Shown here: positions 1 through 7,884 of the stretch, in pieces
How the letters are laid out: every line of letters starts with the position of its first letter
Numbering within the stretch: the stretch's first letter is position 1
Assembly (NCBI RefSeq): GCF_018336915.1
Contig: NZ_CP064923.1
Span: 4,260,001-4,292,000 of the forward strand
Direction: 5' to 3'
DNA from: Acaryochloris marina S15
GTDB taxonomy: Bacteria; Cyanobacteriota; Cyanobacteriia; Thermosynechococcales; Thermosynechococcaceae
Length of the DNA stretch: 32,000 bases
The notes under the pieces: model-generated
The model's input: the letters and a program-made list of their open reading frames with translations, nothing else
The model's database searches: none
What the model was told of the DNA's origin: nothing
Program-made: the position numbers and the translations under genes

Positions 1-490
1 ATTGAAACTCATCAAACATATAGAGATCGCCATCGCGATAATAGCTAACCGCTATCTGAGGTGCAGGTTGGACTTTGAGTTCCTCGGCATGATCATGGAG
101 AAAGGAATTGTAAGTCTGATAGGCTTCCTGTTCGACTAACTCCATAAAATGGTAGGCCGAACGGGGTGACACCAAATAAAGCACCACAACAATCCAGTAG
201 TACAGTAGCGCCACATGGCGAGCAAGAAACCGATCCATCCATTTTTTATCTCCACCCAACGCTTCCATAATCAGCAGATGATGGAGTTCATTCCAGGACT
301 CAGCAAAGTGTACTTTCAGCCAATCGGCCCGTCGCCAAACCCCCAAGGTCTCATAAAAGTGGAGCACAGAGAGATAGGAAAAATAGGGAATTCGAGCCAC
401 CGTTTCTAGGACATAAAAACGCGGAATGGAGCGATCTCGATAGACCGTTTTTAAGACAAAGACCAGAACACCAACCAGTAGTCGAATCAT
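1..490 (-). CDS. Plastid terminal oxidase / alternative oxidase family di-iron quinol oxidase (PTOX); N-terminal 163 codons only, C-terminus lies beyond the window edge
   Basis: Absent from the ORF track because it runs off the window. The reverse complement from the ATG at 490-488 reads MIRLLVGVLVFVLKTVYRDRSIPRFYVLETVARIPYFSYLSVLHFYETLGVWRRADWLKVHFAESWNELHHLLIMEALGGDKKWMDRF...MELVEQEAYQTYNSFL. This contains the AOX/PTOX iron-ligand blocks (LET, NE-HH, E-EA--Y). Confidence 0.8.
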   Translation of the reverse strand, partial: MIRLLVGVLVFVLKTVYRDRSIPRFYVLETVARIPYFSYLSVLHFYETLGVWRRADWLKVHFAESWNELHHLLIMEALGGDKKWMDRFLARHVALLYYWIVVVLYLVSPRSAYHFMELVEQEAYQTYNSFLHDHAEELKVQPAPQIAVSYYRDGDLYMFDEFQ

Positions 491-714
491 GGACAAACGT
501 TCCCTCTAGCTACTGATTGCATCCTGCCTGATCCCTCTGAAAGCGGCAAGATAGTTACCACAAGGCCCCCTTAGTTACCAAAAGTAAAAAGCTAGGGCCA
601 GATCTACCCTTGATGTACTTCTGAACAAATTCTTAAATTTTGGATAATCAGCTCCCTATTCCTTGACGTACCCTCTAGAAACGTCAGGATGGAAGTGTAC
701 CCATCCTGGGGTGA

Positions 715-1080
715 ATGATGGACGACACACAAAACTGTCTCAGCTCCTCCTGTCCGATTGAATATACCCTGGATAGAATTGGCGGCAAGTGGTCTATCCC
801 CATTCTGCGAGAACTCTTTAGCAGTCCCCAACGCACCCATCAGCTCCAGTCAGCCCTACCTGGCATCAGTACCAAAACTCTGATGGTGCGGCTGCGAGAT
901 TTAGAGGATCATGGCCTCGTCGAACGGCAGGTATTTGCAGAGGTCCCGTTGCATGTGGAATATTCCATCACCGAAAAGGGGCAACAAATTCAGCCCGTCT
1001 TGGCAGCCCTCTACCAAGTCGGACAACAATGGCTGGAGCAAGAAGACTGCCATTGCCCTCTAAACGAAAAAGTCGGTTAG
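715..1080 (+). CDS. HxlR-family winged-helix transcriptional regulator
   Basis: 121-aa ORF. The segment CPIEYTLDRIGGKWSIPILRELF...RTHQLQSALPGISTKTLMVRLRDLEDHGLVERQVFAEVPLHVEYSITEKG is the canonical HxlR/MarR-like wHTH pattern. It is divergent from the PTOX gene. Confidence 0.85.
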   Translation: MMDDTQNCLSSSCPIEYTLDRIGGKWSIPILRELFSSPQRTHQLQSALPGISTKTLMVRLRDLEDHGLVERQVFAEVPLHVEYSITEKGQQIQPVLAALYQVGQQWLEQEDCHCPLNEKVG

Positions 1081-1107
1081 TTCACCTCTTCTCTCTAATG
1101 GCAAGCG

Positions 1108-2016
1108 TTACAGATCGCTTTCGGGAATCTCTTCCTTAAAATCAACCACGAGCTGCATCGCTTCGAGGACTAAGCCCCGTAAATCCTGGGTCAGAGGGAC
1201 CTTTGCTTGGTCTCCAAACCAACGATCGAAGATCGACACATAGAACTCTTTACCTTGCAGATACCCTTGCATAAAGCGTACTAAGGAATAGTTGACCTGA
1301 TCCGCAAACTGAGAGTTATTTTCAGGCACCATGCAGGCAATTCCTTCTTTAGAAAAATACCCAATAACATCGAACTTGTTGGGATCTTTAGCCGTTTGCA
1401 GCCAGGCATCCAGTAGAATTCCATCGGCGGCGAACGCATCTACCTGCCCTTGCTGAAGGGCCTTATATCCTTCTGCATGAGTTTTAACGATCACGACTTG
1501 GGCTTGGGGCTGAGCCCGACGGATGGCTGTTTCATTGGTGGTCGCGGCCAGAGCCGCAATTTTCTTGTTTGCCAGGTCAGCCGTTTCCCACGCCGCATTT
1601 TGCTGCTTCACTAGCAAGCGAGTGCCTGTCAGACTGTAACTCACAGAGAAATCAATTTGCTTATCTCGTTCCCAGGTATAACTACTCGCATCACAAACAA
1701 TATCCACTTCACCTTGAACCAGTTTGGGAATCCGGTCTTCAGGGTTAATGGGCATCAGCTGGAGCTGAACCTCTCGTCCTAACTCCTTGGCTAACTGAGT
1801 TTGGATTAGCTTCAGCATATCAATCGAGTAGCCTTGCAATTGCCCTTGATCATCCGCAAATGCAAAGGGCTGTGCTTCTTGGCTAGTACCGGCAGTTAAC
1901 GTACCTGTACGTTGCACTTTTTCTAAGACTGATTCGGCGGCAGCAAACTGTACTCCCAAGACGGTGAATAGAGCTGTTAGGGTAGCAATGGTTGCCGACT
2001 GACCGAGTATTTGCAT
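1108..2016 (-). CDS. Periplasmic amino-acid-binding protein, ABC transporter solute-binding family 3 (orphan; no permease or ATPase adjacent)
   Basis: The ORF track gives 1108..2175. I place the start at the internal ATG at 2016-2014 (MQILGQSATIATLTALFTVLGVQFAAA), which yields a signal peptide. The body (GTLTAGTSQEAQPFAF..GQLQGYSIDMLK...DIVCDASSYTWERDK..DFS.SY...VDAFAADGILL) fits the PBP type 2 / family 3 amino-acid-binding fold. Confidence 0.8.
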   Translation of the reverse strand: MQILGQSATIATLTALFTVLGVQFAAAESVLEKVQRTGTLTAGTSQEAQPFAFADDQGQLQGYSIDMLKLIQTQLAKELGREVQLQLMPINPEDRIPKLVQGEVDIVCDASSYTWERDKQIDFSVSYSLTGTRLLVKQQNAAWETADLANKKIAALAATTNETAIRRAQPQAQVVIVKTHAEGYKALQQGQVDAFAADGILLDAWLQTAKDPNKFDVIGYFSKEGIACMVPENNSQFADQVNYSLVRFMQGYLQGKEFYVSIFDRWFGDQAKVPLTQDLRGLVLEAMQLVVDFKEEIPESDL

Positions 2017-2326
2017 TCTCCTAGAGGGACGTGGAGTGGAATCTTGATGAAGAGAATGGGGGTTTGGGGAGGGGCTGGGGGTGCCTAGTTTCATAACGAT
2101 AAATAATGTCAATCCGTATTTTGAAGCTGAATACAACACTTCAGGAAGTGCAGGTGAATAACAAACTGTATACACAAAAGGAATACCTACCTTCAGGGCA
2201 TTCCAAAGACATAAAGAACCTTGAACGCCAAACTACCAGCAATCCCTGAGCTTGAGAAGTCGAATGTCATGTTCTGTTACGAGGATGACAAGCATTGTTG
2301 AGCTAGCCCTTGCCTAGACAGAAAAC

Positions 2327-2352
2327 AGCGCACTTATTTATATAAGTGCGCT
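2327..2352 (-). terminator. Strong hairpin, possible intrinsic terminator on the minus strand
   Basis: AGCGCACTTAT-ttat-ATAAGTGCGCT is a perfect 11-bp stem. Read on the minus strand it is followed by GTTTTCTGTCT. It sits between the mnt/pentapeptide transcription unit and the promoter region of the binding-protein gene. Confidence 0.35.
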
Positions 2353-2813
2353 TCACGTAAGAGATGTGTTTTGGTTGGTGCAAGTAATTTCATTATAAAT
2401 AGATTTATCTATATCTCCAATAAAGTAATGATTGATTTTTATCTATATATCTACTAAAGTCCAGACACAGTTCTCAAGACATACTATATTGCCTCTCTAA
2501 AGAGATCGAATGTATCCAAGCCCTGATGACTTTGATGCTTTAGCCAGGATTTTATCAACACTCCATGTTTGGCCCAGGGTGAGAGTCGGTGTCAAACAAC
2601 CTCAGGTCGGGGTAAGGTCTTTTTTGTAGTTGTTTTGCAAACTGTCTAGCCCCTAACTTATGCCAGGCTACAAGATCTCACTGTTCATCTAGGAGAATTA
2701 GTGTAGTTGAGTTGAGTGCGATCGCAACTGCAATACCATCCGCCAGATGAGCACCATCCATCGAGGCATCCAGCCTAAAACCTTACTATTAAAAGTTTAT
2801 AGGCGTTGGCGGC

Positions 2814-3236
2814 CTAAGTAACTAAATGCATCTTCGCTGTTTCGGGATGAAAGCCGGTGGGAAAATGGGTATTGCGATCATAATCGGCGGCGGCTAATCG
2901 GGCATCGCCTAAATCAGCTTCTCTCAGATCCGTCCCCATCAGATTAGCCCCCCGCAGATCAGCTCCTTTAAGATTGGCACTTTGCAAAAAGGCTCCTCCC
3001 AGATCAGCGCCTCTAAGAGTGGAGCCTTGCAAATTGGCATCGCCCAGATCCACAGACTCTAAGTCAGCGCCCGCTAGATAAGCATCTTGAAGGTTGACCT
3101 CACTCAAATCCACTTCACTCAGGGAAATACCTCTTAAGTTAGCCCCTGCGAAATTCCGTTTCCCAGACAAATATTGGGCTAAAAAATCATCTCGGCCTAT
3201 CACTACTTCCATAGTTAAACCTTTATCTATGAGCAC
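2814..3236 (-). CDS. Pentapeptide-repeat protein with no signal peptide
   Basis: Contiguous A(D/N)LxG pentapeptides (ANLRGISLSEVDLSEVNLQDAYLAGADLESVDLGDANLQGSTLRGADLGGAFLQSANLKGADLRGANLMGTDLREADLGDARL). The longest ORF begins with GTG at 3236; an ATG at 3212 (MEVVIGRDD) is an equally plausible start. Same strand as mntB and 76 bp downstream of it. Confidence 0.85.
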   Translation of the reverse strand: MLIDKGLTMEVVIGRDDFLAQYLSGKRNFAGANLRGISLSEVDLSEVNLQDAYLAGADLESVDLGDANLQGSTLRGADLGGAFLQSANLKGADLRGANLMGTDLREADLGDARLAAADYDRNTHFPTGFHPETAKMHLVT

Positions 3237-3312
3237 TATCTTTGCAGACAGGGCAATGAGCAGGGTGAGATTTCACTGACCGATTTCACCCTAGAAATTT
3301 AAGTGTACCGAA

Positions 3313-4215
3313 TCAATCCCGAGTCGGCGAGGGCAATGTAACGTTGGAAGTCTGATATTTTCGCTGCAATCGCTGGGCGATAATGCCATATTTAGGAGAG
3401 AAAAACATCGTCACAATAAATACCAGGGTTAAAAGAGTGACAATACTACCCCCCGTGGAAATATCCAAGTGATAACTAAGATAAGTGCCCATTACACAAG
3501 AGAACACACTACTGATCACTGAAATGATCAGCATATGGTCAAAGCGATCGCTCAATAAATAGGCAATTGAACCCGGCGTCACCAACATTGAAATCACTAA
3601 GATAATACCTGCGGTTTGCAGTGCCGTGACAATGGTCAGAGCTAGCACACACAGCAGGGTATAGTACATAGCTTGGGTATTCAGACCAATGGCTTTTGCA
3701 TGGTTTGGATCGAAGCAGAATAGCATCAGATCTTTGCGCCGTAGCAGAATGACAACGAGGGTAATCGTCCCTGCAATCAAGGTTTGGATAATATCCTGTT
3801 GAGAAATTCCGAGGACATTACCAAAAAGGATATGGAATAGATCAATATTGCTGGGGATTTTGGTGATTAACACTAAACCAAAGGCAAAAAACCCGGTGAA
3901 GATCACCCCAATCACGGCATCTTCTTTCAGGCGAGTGTTGGACTTCACATAGCCGATGGCAACTGTAGCCCCAAACCCAAAGACAAACGCACCAATGGAA
4001 AAGGGGATATTCAGGGCATAGGCCACCACTACACCGGGTACCACTGCATGGGAAATGGCGTCTCCCATCAGGGACCAACCCTTAAGGGTGATGTAGCAGG
4101 AGAGTACGGCACACACTAAGCCCACAAAGGCACTCACCCAGATTGCTTGGACTAAAAATGCATACTGTAAGGGTTCGACAATCCAATTCCACAGCGGTAT
4201 GGATGCCATGGTCAT
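3313..4215 (-). CDS. mntB: Manganese ABC transporter permease (MntB / ABC-3 family)
   Basis: 300-aa polytopic membrane protein of the ABC-3 (ZnuB/MntB) type (GDAISHAVVPGVV...GVIFTGFFAFGLVL...). Its ATG overlaps the upstream ATPase stop as ATGA. The C-A-B gene order matches Synechocystis mntCAB. Confidence 0.8.
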   Translation of the reverse strand: MTMASIPLWNWIVEPLQYAFLVQAIWVSAFVGLVCAVLSCYITLKGWSLMGDAISHAVVPGVVVAYALNIPFSIGAFVFGFGATVAIGYVKSNTRLKEDAVIGVIFTGFFAFGLVLITKIPSNIDLFHILFGNVLGISQQDIIQTLIAGTITLVVILLRRKDLMLFCFDPNHAKAIGLNTQAMYYTLLCVLALTIVTALQTAGIILVISMLVTPGSIAYLLSDRFDHMLIISVISSVFSCVMGTYLSYHLDISTGGSIVTLLTLVFIVTMFFSPKYGIIAQRLQRKYQTSNVTLPSPTRD

Positions 4216-4997
4216 GCTTCTACCTCTGACTGCAGAGGGATTTGCTTTAGGCTCCGGATGGGCAAACCGCCAAAGGTCAGTGCAAGATTTTCTTCAGTAA
4301 AGGTTTCGGCGGTCGTCCCCGAGGCAAGAATCGTTTGATTGAGCAGGATGGTGCGATCGCAAAAAGTCGACACAGATGCCAGATCGTGGGTAGAAATCAA
4401 AATAGTGTGGTGTTCTTGACGCAATTGCAGCATCAGGTCAATGATGCTTTTTTCTGTCTTGACATCTACTCCTGTAAATGGCTCATCCAATAACATGACC
4501 TTGCTTTCTTGGGCCAAGGCTCGGGCTAGAAATGCGCGCTTTTTCTGGCCCCCTGATAGTTCTCCAATTTGACGATGGCGAAAATCAACCATACCGACTC
4601 GCTCAAGACTGGACATCACCAGCCGTCGATCCTTCGCAGAGGGCATCCGCAGCACATTCATATAGCCATAGCGTCCCATCATCACCACGTCGAAAACACT
4701 CACGGGAAAATTCCAGTCCACCTCATCGGCTTGCGGGACATAGGACATCAATTGTCGTTTTTGGGCCTTATGAACGGGCAAGCCCTGCACCCGGATGTGG
4801 CCTTGGGTGGGACGTAAAAACCCCATGATGGATTTGAATAGGGTTGATTTACCGCAGCCGTTGGGTCCTACCAAAGCGGTGATGGTTCCGGGTTCTACGG
4901 TGCAAGTCGCGTTGTAAAGAGCTAACCGGGCATTATTGTAGGTGACGCTCAGGTTATCCACGGTAATGCCGAAGGCTTGAGTTGTAGAATTCATCAT
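4212..4997 (-). CDS. mntA: Manganese ABC transporter ATP-binding protein
   Basis: Walker A GPNGCGKST, signature LSGGQKKR, Walker B MLLDEPFTGVD, H-loop STHDL. Sits between the SBP and permease genes. Confidence 0.85.
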   Translation of the reverse strand: MMNSTTQAFGITVDNLSVTYNNARLALYNATCTVEPGTITALVGPNGCGKSTLFKSIMGFLRPTQGHIRVQGLPVHKAQKRQLMSYVPQADEVDWNFPVSVFDVVMMGRYGYMNVLRMPSAKDRRLVMSSLERVGMVDFRHRQIGELSGGQKKRAFLARALAQESKVMLLDEPFTGVDVKTEKSIIDLMLQLRQEHHTILISTHDLASVSTFCDRTILLNQTILASGTTAETFTEENLALTFGGLPIRSLKQIPLQSEVEA

Positions 4998-5034
4998 CTT
5001 GACTAGTAATCGTTACCAAATATCTTGCGAACGT

Positions 5035-6015
5035 TCAGTTTTTGCGGCCAGCGAGTAAGCCGTTGGTTATCGTGCGAGCGTCATATTCCAGCAAATCTAA
5101 AAACGTGGGTACTGGCCCCTCTGCCGTTGAGAGGGAATCGACATAGAGATTGCCGCCAAACCGCACGCCTGTAGTTTTGGCCACCTGCTTTTGTCCTTCA
5201 TCACTCACGGTACTTTCACAGAAAATCGTCGGTACATCATTCGACTTGACCTTTTTAATCACGCGTTGGACTTGCTTAGGAGTAAACTGCTGTTCTGCAT
5301 TGATCGGCCACATATAAATTTCTTTCATGTCATAGTCCCGAGCCAGGTAAGAAAATGCGCCTTCACAGCTCACTAAATACCGTTGGCTGGCAGGAACTTT
5401 CTCTAGGTCTGCTTGTAGCTCATCATCAATAGCTTTGAGTTTCTTGCTGTAGGCTTCAGCATTGGCGTTGTAGGTTTCTTCATTTTCTGGATCGAGTTTC
5501 ACAAATGCTTTGCGAATGTTTTCGACATACACCAGGGCATTGCGGGGTGACATCCAAGCGTGGGGATTGGGCTTATCGGAATAGGGGCCTTCCACAATCG
5601 GCATCGGTTCAATTCCCTCTGTCAGTAGCACCGAAGGGACATCTTTGACACTGCCCAGGAACTTCTCAAACCAGCGTTCCAGGTTCATGCCGTTGTAGAG
5701 AATCAAGTCGGCATCCTGGGCTTTAACCAAATCGCTAGGAGTGGGTTCATAGCCGTGAATCTCTGCACCAATACGAGTGACGGATTCTACGTTCAGCTTG
5801 TCACCGGCAACGTTGCGGGCCATATCAGCCAGAATCGTGAATGTTGTCAGTACCGTCTTTTTCCCATTCGCTTTTGCGGGTCGATTTTCATTTTCTGCAG
5901 TCTGCTCTTCAGGGTTCGTCGAAGGCCCGTCAGGGGCTGTGCAGCCGGTAAAAGCTAACCCAAATGCCAGGAGAGTGGCGAACACAACACTTCTTCGGAG
6001 AGGGATATTGGTCAT
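5035..6015 (-). CDS. mntC: Manganese-binding lipoprotein, cluster A-I (TroA/PsaA/MntC) solute-binding protein
   Basis: Lipobox LAFTGC in the signal peptide. Metal-SBP blocks are present (VLTTFTILADMARNVAGD, EIHGYEPTPSD, NPHAWMSP, YLVSCEGAFSYLARDY, IFCESTVSD). First gene of the three-gene operon. Confidence 0.85.
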   Translation of the reverse strand: MTNIPLRRSVVFATLLAFGLAFTGCTAPDGPSTNPEEQTAENENRPAKANGKKTVLTTFTILADMARNVAGDKLNVESVTRIGAEIHGYEPTPSDLVKAQDADLILYNGMNLERWFEKFLGSVKDVPSVLLTEGIEPMPIVEGPYSDKPNPHAWMSPRNALVYVENIRKAFVKLDPENEETYNANAEAYSKKLKAIDDELQADLEKVPASQRYLVSCEGAFSYLARDYDMKEIYMWPINAEQQFTPKQVQRVIKKVKSNDVPTIFCESTVSDEGQKQVAKTTGVRFGGNLYVDSLSTAEGPVPTFLDLLEYDARTITNGLLAGRKN

Positions 6016-6164
6016 GCAGTGAAAACTGTTTCATAATCATTTCATATTCTACTTCTATCCCAGCTAGAAGACAATTCTAGATTGCTTCACATATCTATAT
6101 ATTCTGGAGGTAGCATCTAGAATTAGCGCGCTATTTTAGCATCCAACAACAATGGAATACATTT

Positions 6165-6267
6165 GGCTCTAACAAGGTTCAGTCGTTAGATAAATCGGTG
6201 CAAATCCGTTGCTGCGCTGTCCCACAGATGTGATGAGGTCTGAGCATCAGAGTCAGAATGCCCGCCC
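6165..6267 (+). promoter_or_regulatory. Cobalamin (B12) riboswitch-like element, compact form
   Basis: The + strand reads ...TAGATAAATCGGTGCAAATCCGTTGCTGCGCTGTCCCACAGATGTGATGAGGTCTGAGCATCAGAGTCAGAATGCCCGCC. The GGTGCAAATCC / GCTG..CCC.C.A.TGTGA core and the 3' AGTCAGAATGCCCGCC block resemble the conserved cobalamin-riboswitch core and B12 box. Boundaries are approximate, and it was recognised by eye only. Confidence 0.6.
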
Positions 6268-6271
6268 AGCA

Positions 6272-6529
6272 ATGATTCACTTTCACAACATCTACGAGAT
6301 CTGGGGAATCAGTGTAAAAGTTGGGTTTTCCGTAGTTGGGAAACTCATATTTGTTTTTGGGCTCAGTACCGTTGCCAAGTTTGTCTACATTACAAGAGCT
6401 AGCCTGACGTTAACCCATCCTCCTTCAAGCGAAGAGATCCTTCCCCCTTCAAGCATGGAGGACAAAGAGGTAGACATTGCCATCACGGGAGAAATATTTA
6501 ATCAACCCGTTTATGGGCCATTTCGATGA
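6272..6529 (+). CDS. Hypothetical 85-aa ORF immediately after the riboswitch-like element; may be a small membrane protein or a gene remnant
   Basis: The ATG at 6272 lies 5 nt after the B12-box-like sequence, with no Shine-Dalgarno. MIHFHNIYEIWGISVKVGFSVVGKLIFVFGLSTVAKFVYITRA...KEVDIAITGEIFNQPVYGPFR. The track's 6209 TTG start would lie inside the RNA element. Coding status is uncertain. Confidence 0.3.
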   Translation: MIHFHNIYEIWGISVKVGFSVVGKLIFVFGLSTVAKFVYITRASLTLTHPPSSEEILPPSSMEDKEVDIAITGEIFNQPVYGPFR

Positions 6530-6902
6530 AAGGGGACTAGGCATCATTCTTCGCAAGTCTTAAAACACTTGGCAGTCACACTACTTTTACCTACTACTGA
6601 TCCCATAAAGCACCAGAAATATGGCTTATTAATTAAAAGCAATATCAATAAGAGGGTTTTGCAGATCTACCCTTTTCAGACTGTTTCAATAAATTCCTCA
6701 CTCACCGAGGCTTTGAAATCCTGTCACCACAATTAACTCATCTACTGCTCTATGCGTAAGAGTTTCGATGACCATAAATAATTTTTTGATTTAAATAAAA
6801 AAAAGAAGTTGTGGCTTCTACATATAGTTGCAATAAGCGGCCTTAATGACTGATGATTGATCTCAATAGCCGTTCTTAAATAAAAGCAGCCCTAGTAGGT
6901 TC

Positions 6903-7820
6903 ATGACTATCGATAATCGCCAAGATGTGCGCAATGTGCTCGTCACTGTCTTGTTTTTAAATGTCACAGTGATGCTAATTAAGGCTGGCCTGGGATGGTG
7001 GACAGGGTCTTTGAGTTTATTCGCAGATGCACTGCATAGCATTACCGATAGTGCGAATAACGTGCTGGGATTAACCATGAATCGATTGGCATCCCCAGAA
7101 CCCGATCGCGAGCATCCCTATGGACACCAAAAATTTGATGCCATTGGGGCGTTGGGTATCGCTGCTTTTTTAGGGATTGCTTGCTTTGAAATTTTAGAAG
7201 GGGCAGTGGGGAATCTCTTCAGCCAACAGTCTGATGTGGCAATGTCGCCTCAAGTCTTAGAACTATTGCTCGTGGTATTGGGCCTCAATATTATTGTGGC
7301 CGTTTACGAGCGTAGCGTTGGCGAGCGGGTGAACAGCAGCATTCTGTTATCGGATGCGCAACATACGATGAGCGATATTTGGGTCACCGGAATGGTGATG
7401 CTGGGCCTTGTCGGTGTGGGATTAGGATATCAATGGGTCGACGTGGTGTTGGCCTTCCCTGTCTGCGTTTTAGTATTTGCTAGCGGCTGGTCTGTATTGC
7501 AGCACAACTTGCCTTGGTTGGTGGATGAGATGGCCATTGCCCCAGAAGCGATTCATGACGCGGTGATTAATGTGCCTGGGGTGCTCAACTGTCACGATAT
7601 AGCTTCTCGTGGGTTGTTGGGACGTCAGACCTTTATCGAGATGCACCTGGTGGTGGACTCAGATAGTGTCGAAGTGGCCCATGACATCACAGAAGAAGTG
7701 GAAGCCATTCTGGAGCAAAAGTATGCTCCTATACGGGCCACTATCCACATTGAACCCCGGTCTTATTCCTCCGAGCAGATTAGTTTTGGTGAAGTGCCGG
7801 CAACGGAGCAAGGCGTCTAA
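6903..7820 (+). CDS. Cation diffusion facilitator (CDF) family divalent-metal transporter
   Basis: 305 aa with six predicted TM segments plus a C-terminal cytoplasmic domain. The TM2 motif is HSITD and the TM5 motif is HTMSD (HxxxD/HxxxD, the Zn/Co/Cd-type site A). The C-terminal segment ...HDI...FIEMHLVVD...AH.I...VE is typical of CDF proteins. Confidence 0.85.
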   Translation: MTIDNRQDVRNVLVTVLFLNVTVMLIKAGLGWWTGSLSLFADALHSITDSANNVLGLTMNRLASPEPDREHPYGHQKFDAIGALGIAAFLGIACFEILEGAVGNLFSQQSDVAMSPQVLELLLVVLGLNIIVAVYERSVGERVNSSILLSDAQHTMSDIWVTGMVMLGLVGVGLGYQWVDVVLAFPVCVLVFASGWSVLQHNLPWLVDEMAIAPEAIHDAVINVPGVLNCHDIASRGLLGRQTFIEMHLVVDSDSVEVAHDITEEVEAILEQKYAPIRATIHIEPRSYSSEQISFGEVPATEQGV

Positions 7821-7884
7821 TTGGAGGATTCTGGGGATTGACTCAAGGTGATGAGGCGATCGCGATCCTAAACAGCCCATCATC

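Noticed and set aside
215-409. 64-aa plus-strand ORF.
   Set aside because: It lies entirely antisense to the PTOX coding sequence, whose translation carries clear family motifs.
604-840. 78-aa minus-strand ORF overlapping the HxlR start.
   Set aside because: It overlaps the well-supported HxlR gene and the divergent promoter region, and has no recognisable motif.
2017-2175. N-terminal 53-codon extension of the amino-acid-binding protein ORF (track start 2175).
   Set aside because: The extension (MYTVCYSPALPEV...PSPSPNPHSL...) precedes a typical signal peptide that begins at the internal ATG at 2016. A signal peptide must be N-terminal.
4532-4828. Two overlapping plus-strand ORFs (98 and 82 aa) inside mntA, plus similar ones inside mntB and mntC (3842-4078, 5191-5376, 5755-6022).
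   Set aside because: They are antisense to, or out of frame with, ABC-transporter genes that have unambiguous motifs. Their compositions are His/Arg/Pro-rich and typical of wrong-frame translation.
6209-6271. TTG-initiated 5' extension of the 106-aa ORF.
   Set aside because: It would translate straight through the conserved core and B12-box-like sequence of the riboswitch-like element. If the ORF is real it more likely starts at the ATG at 6272.
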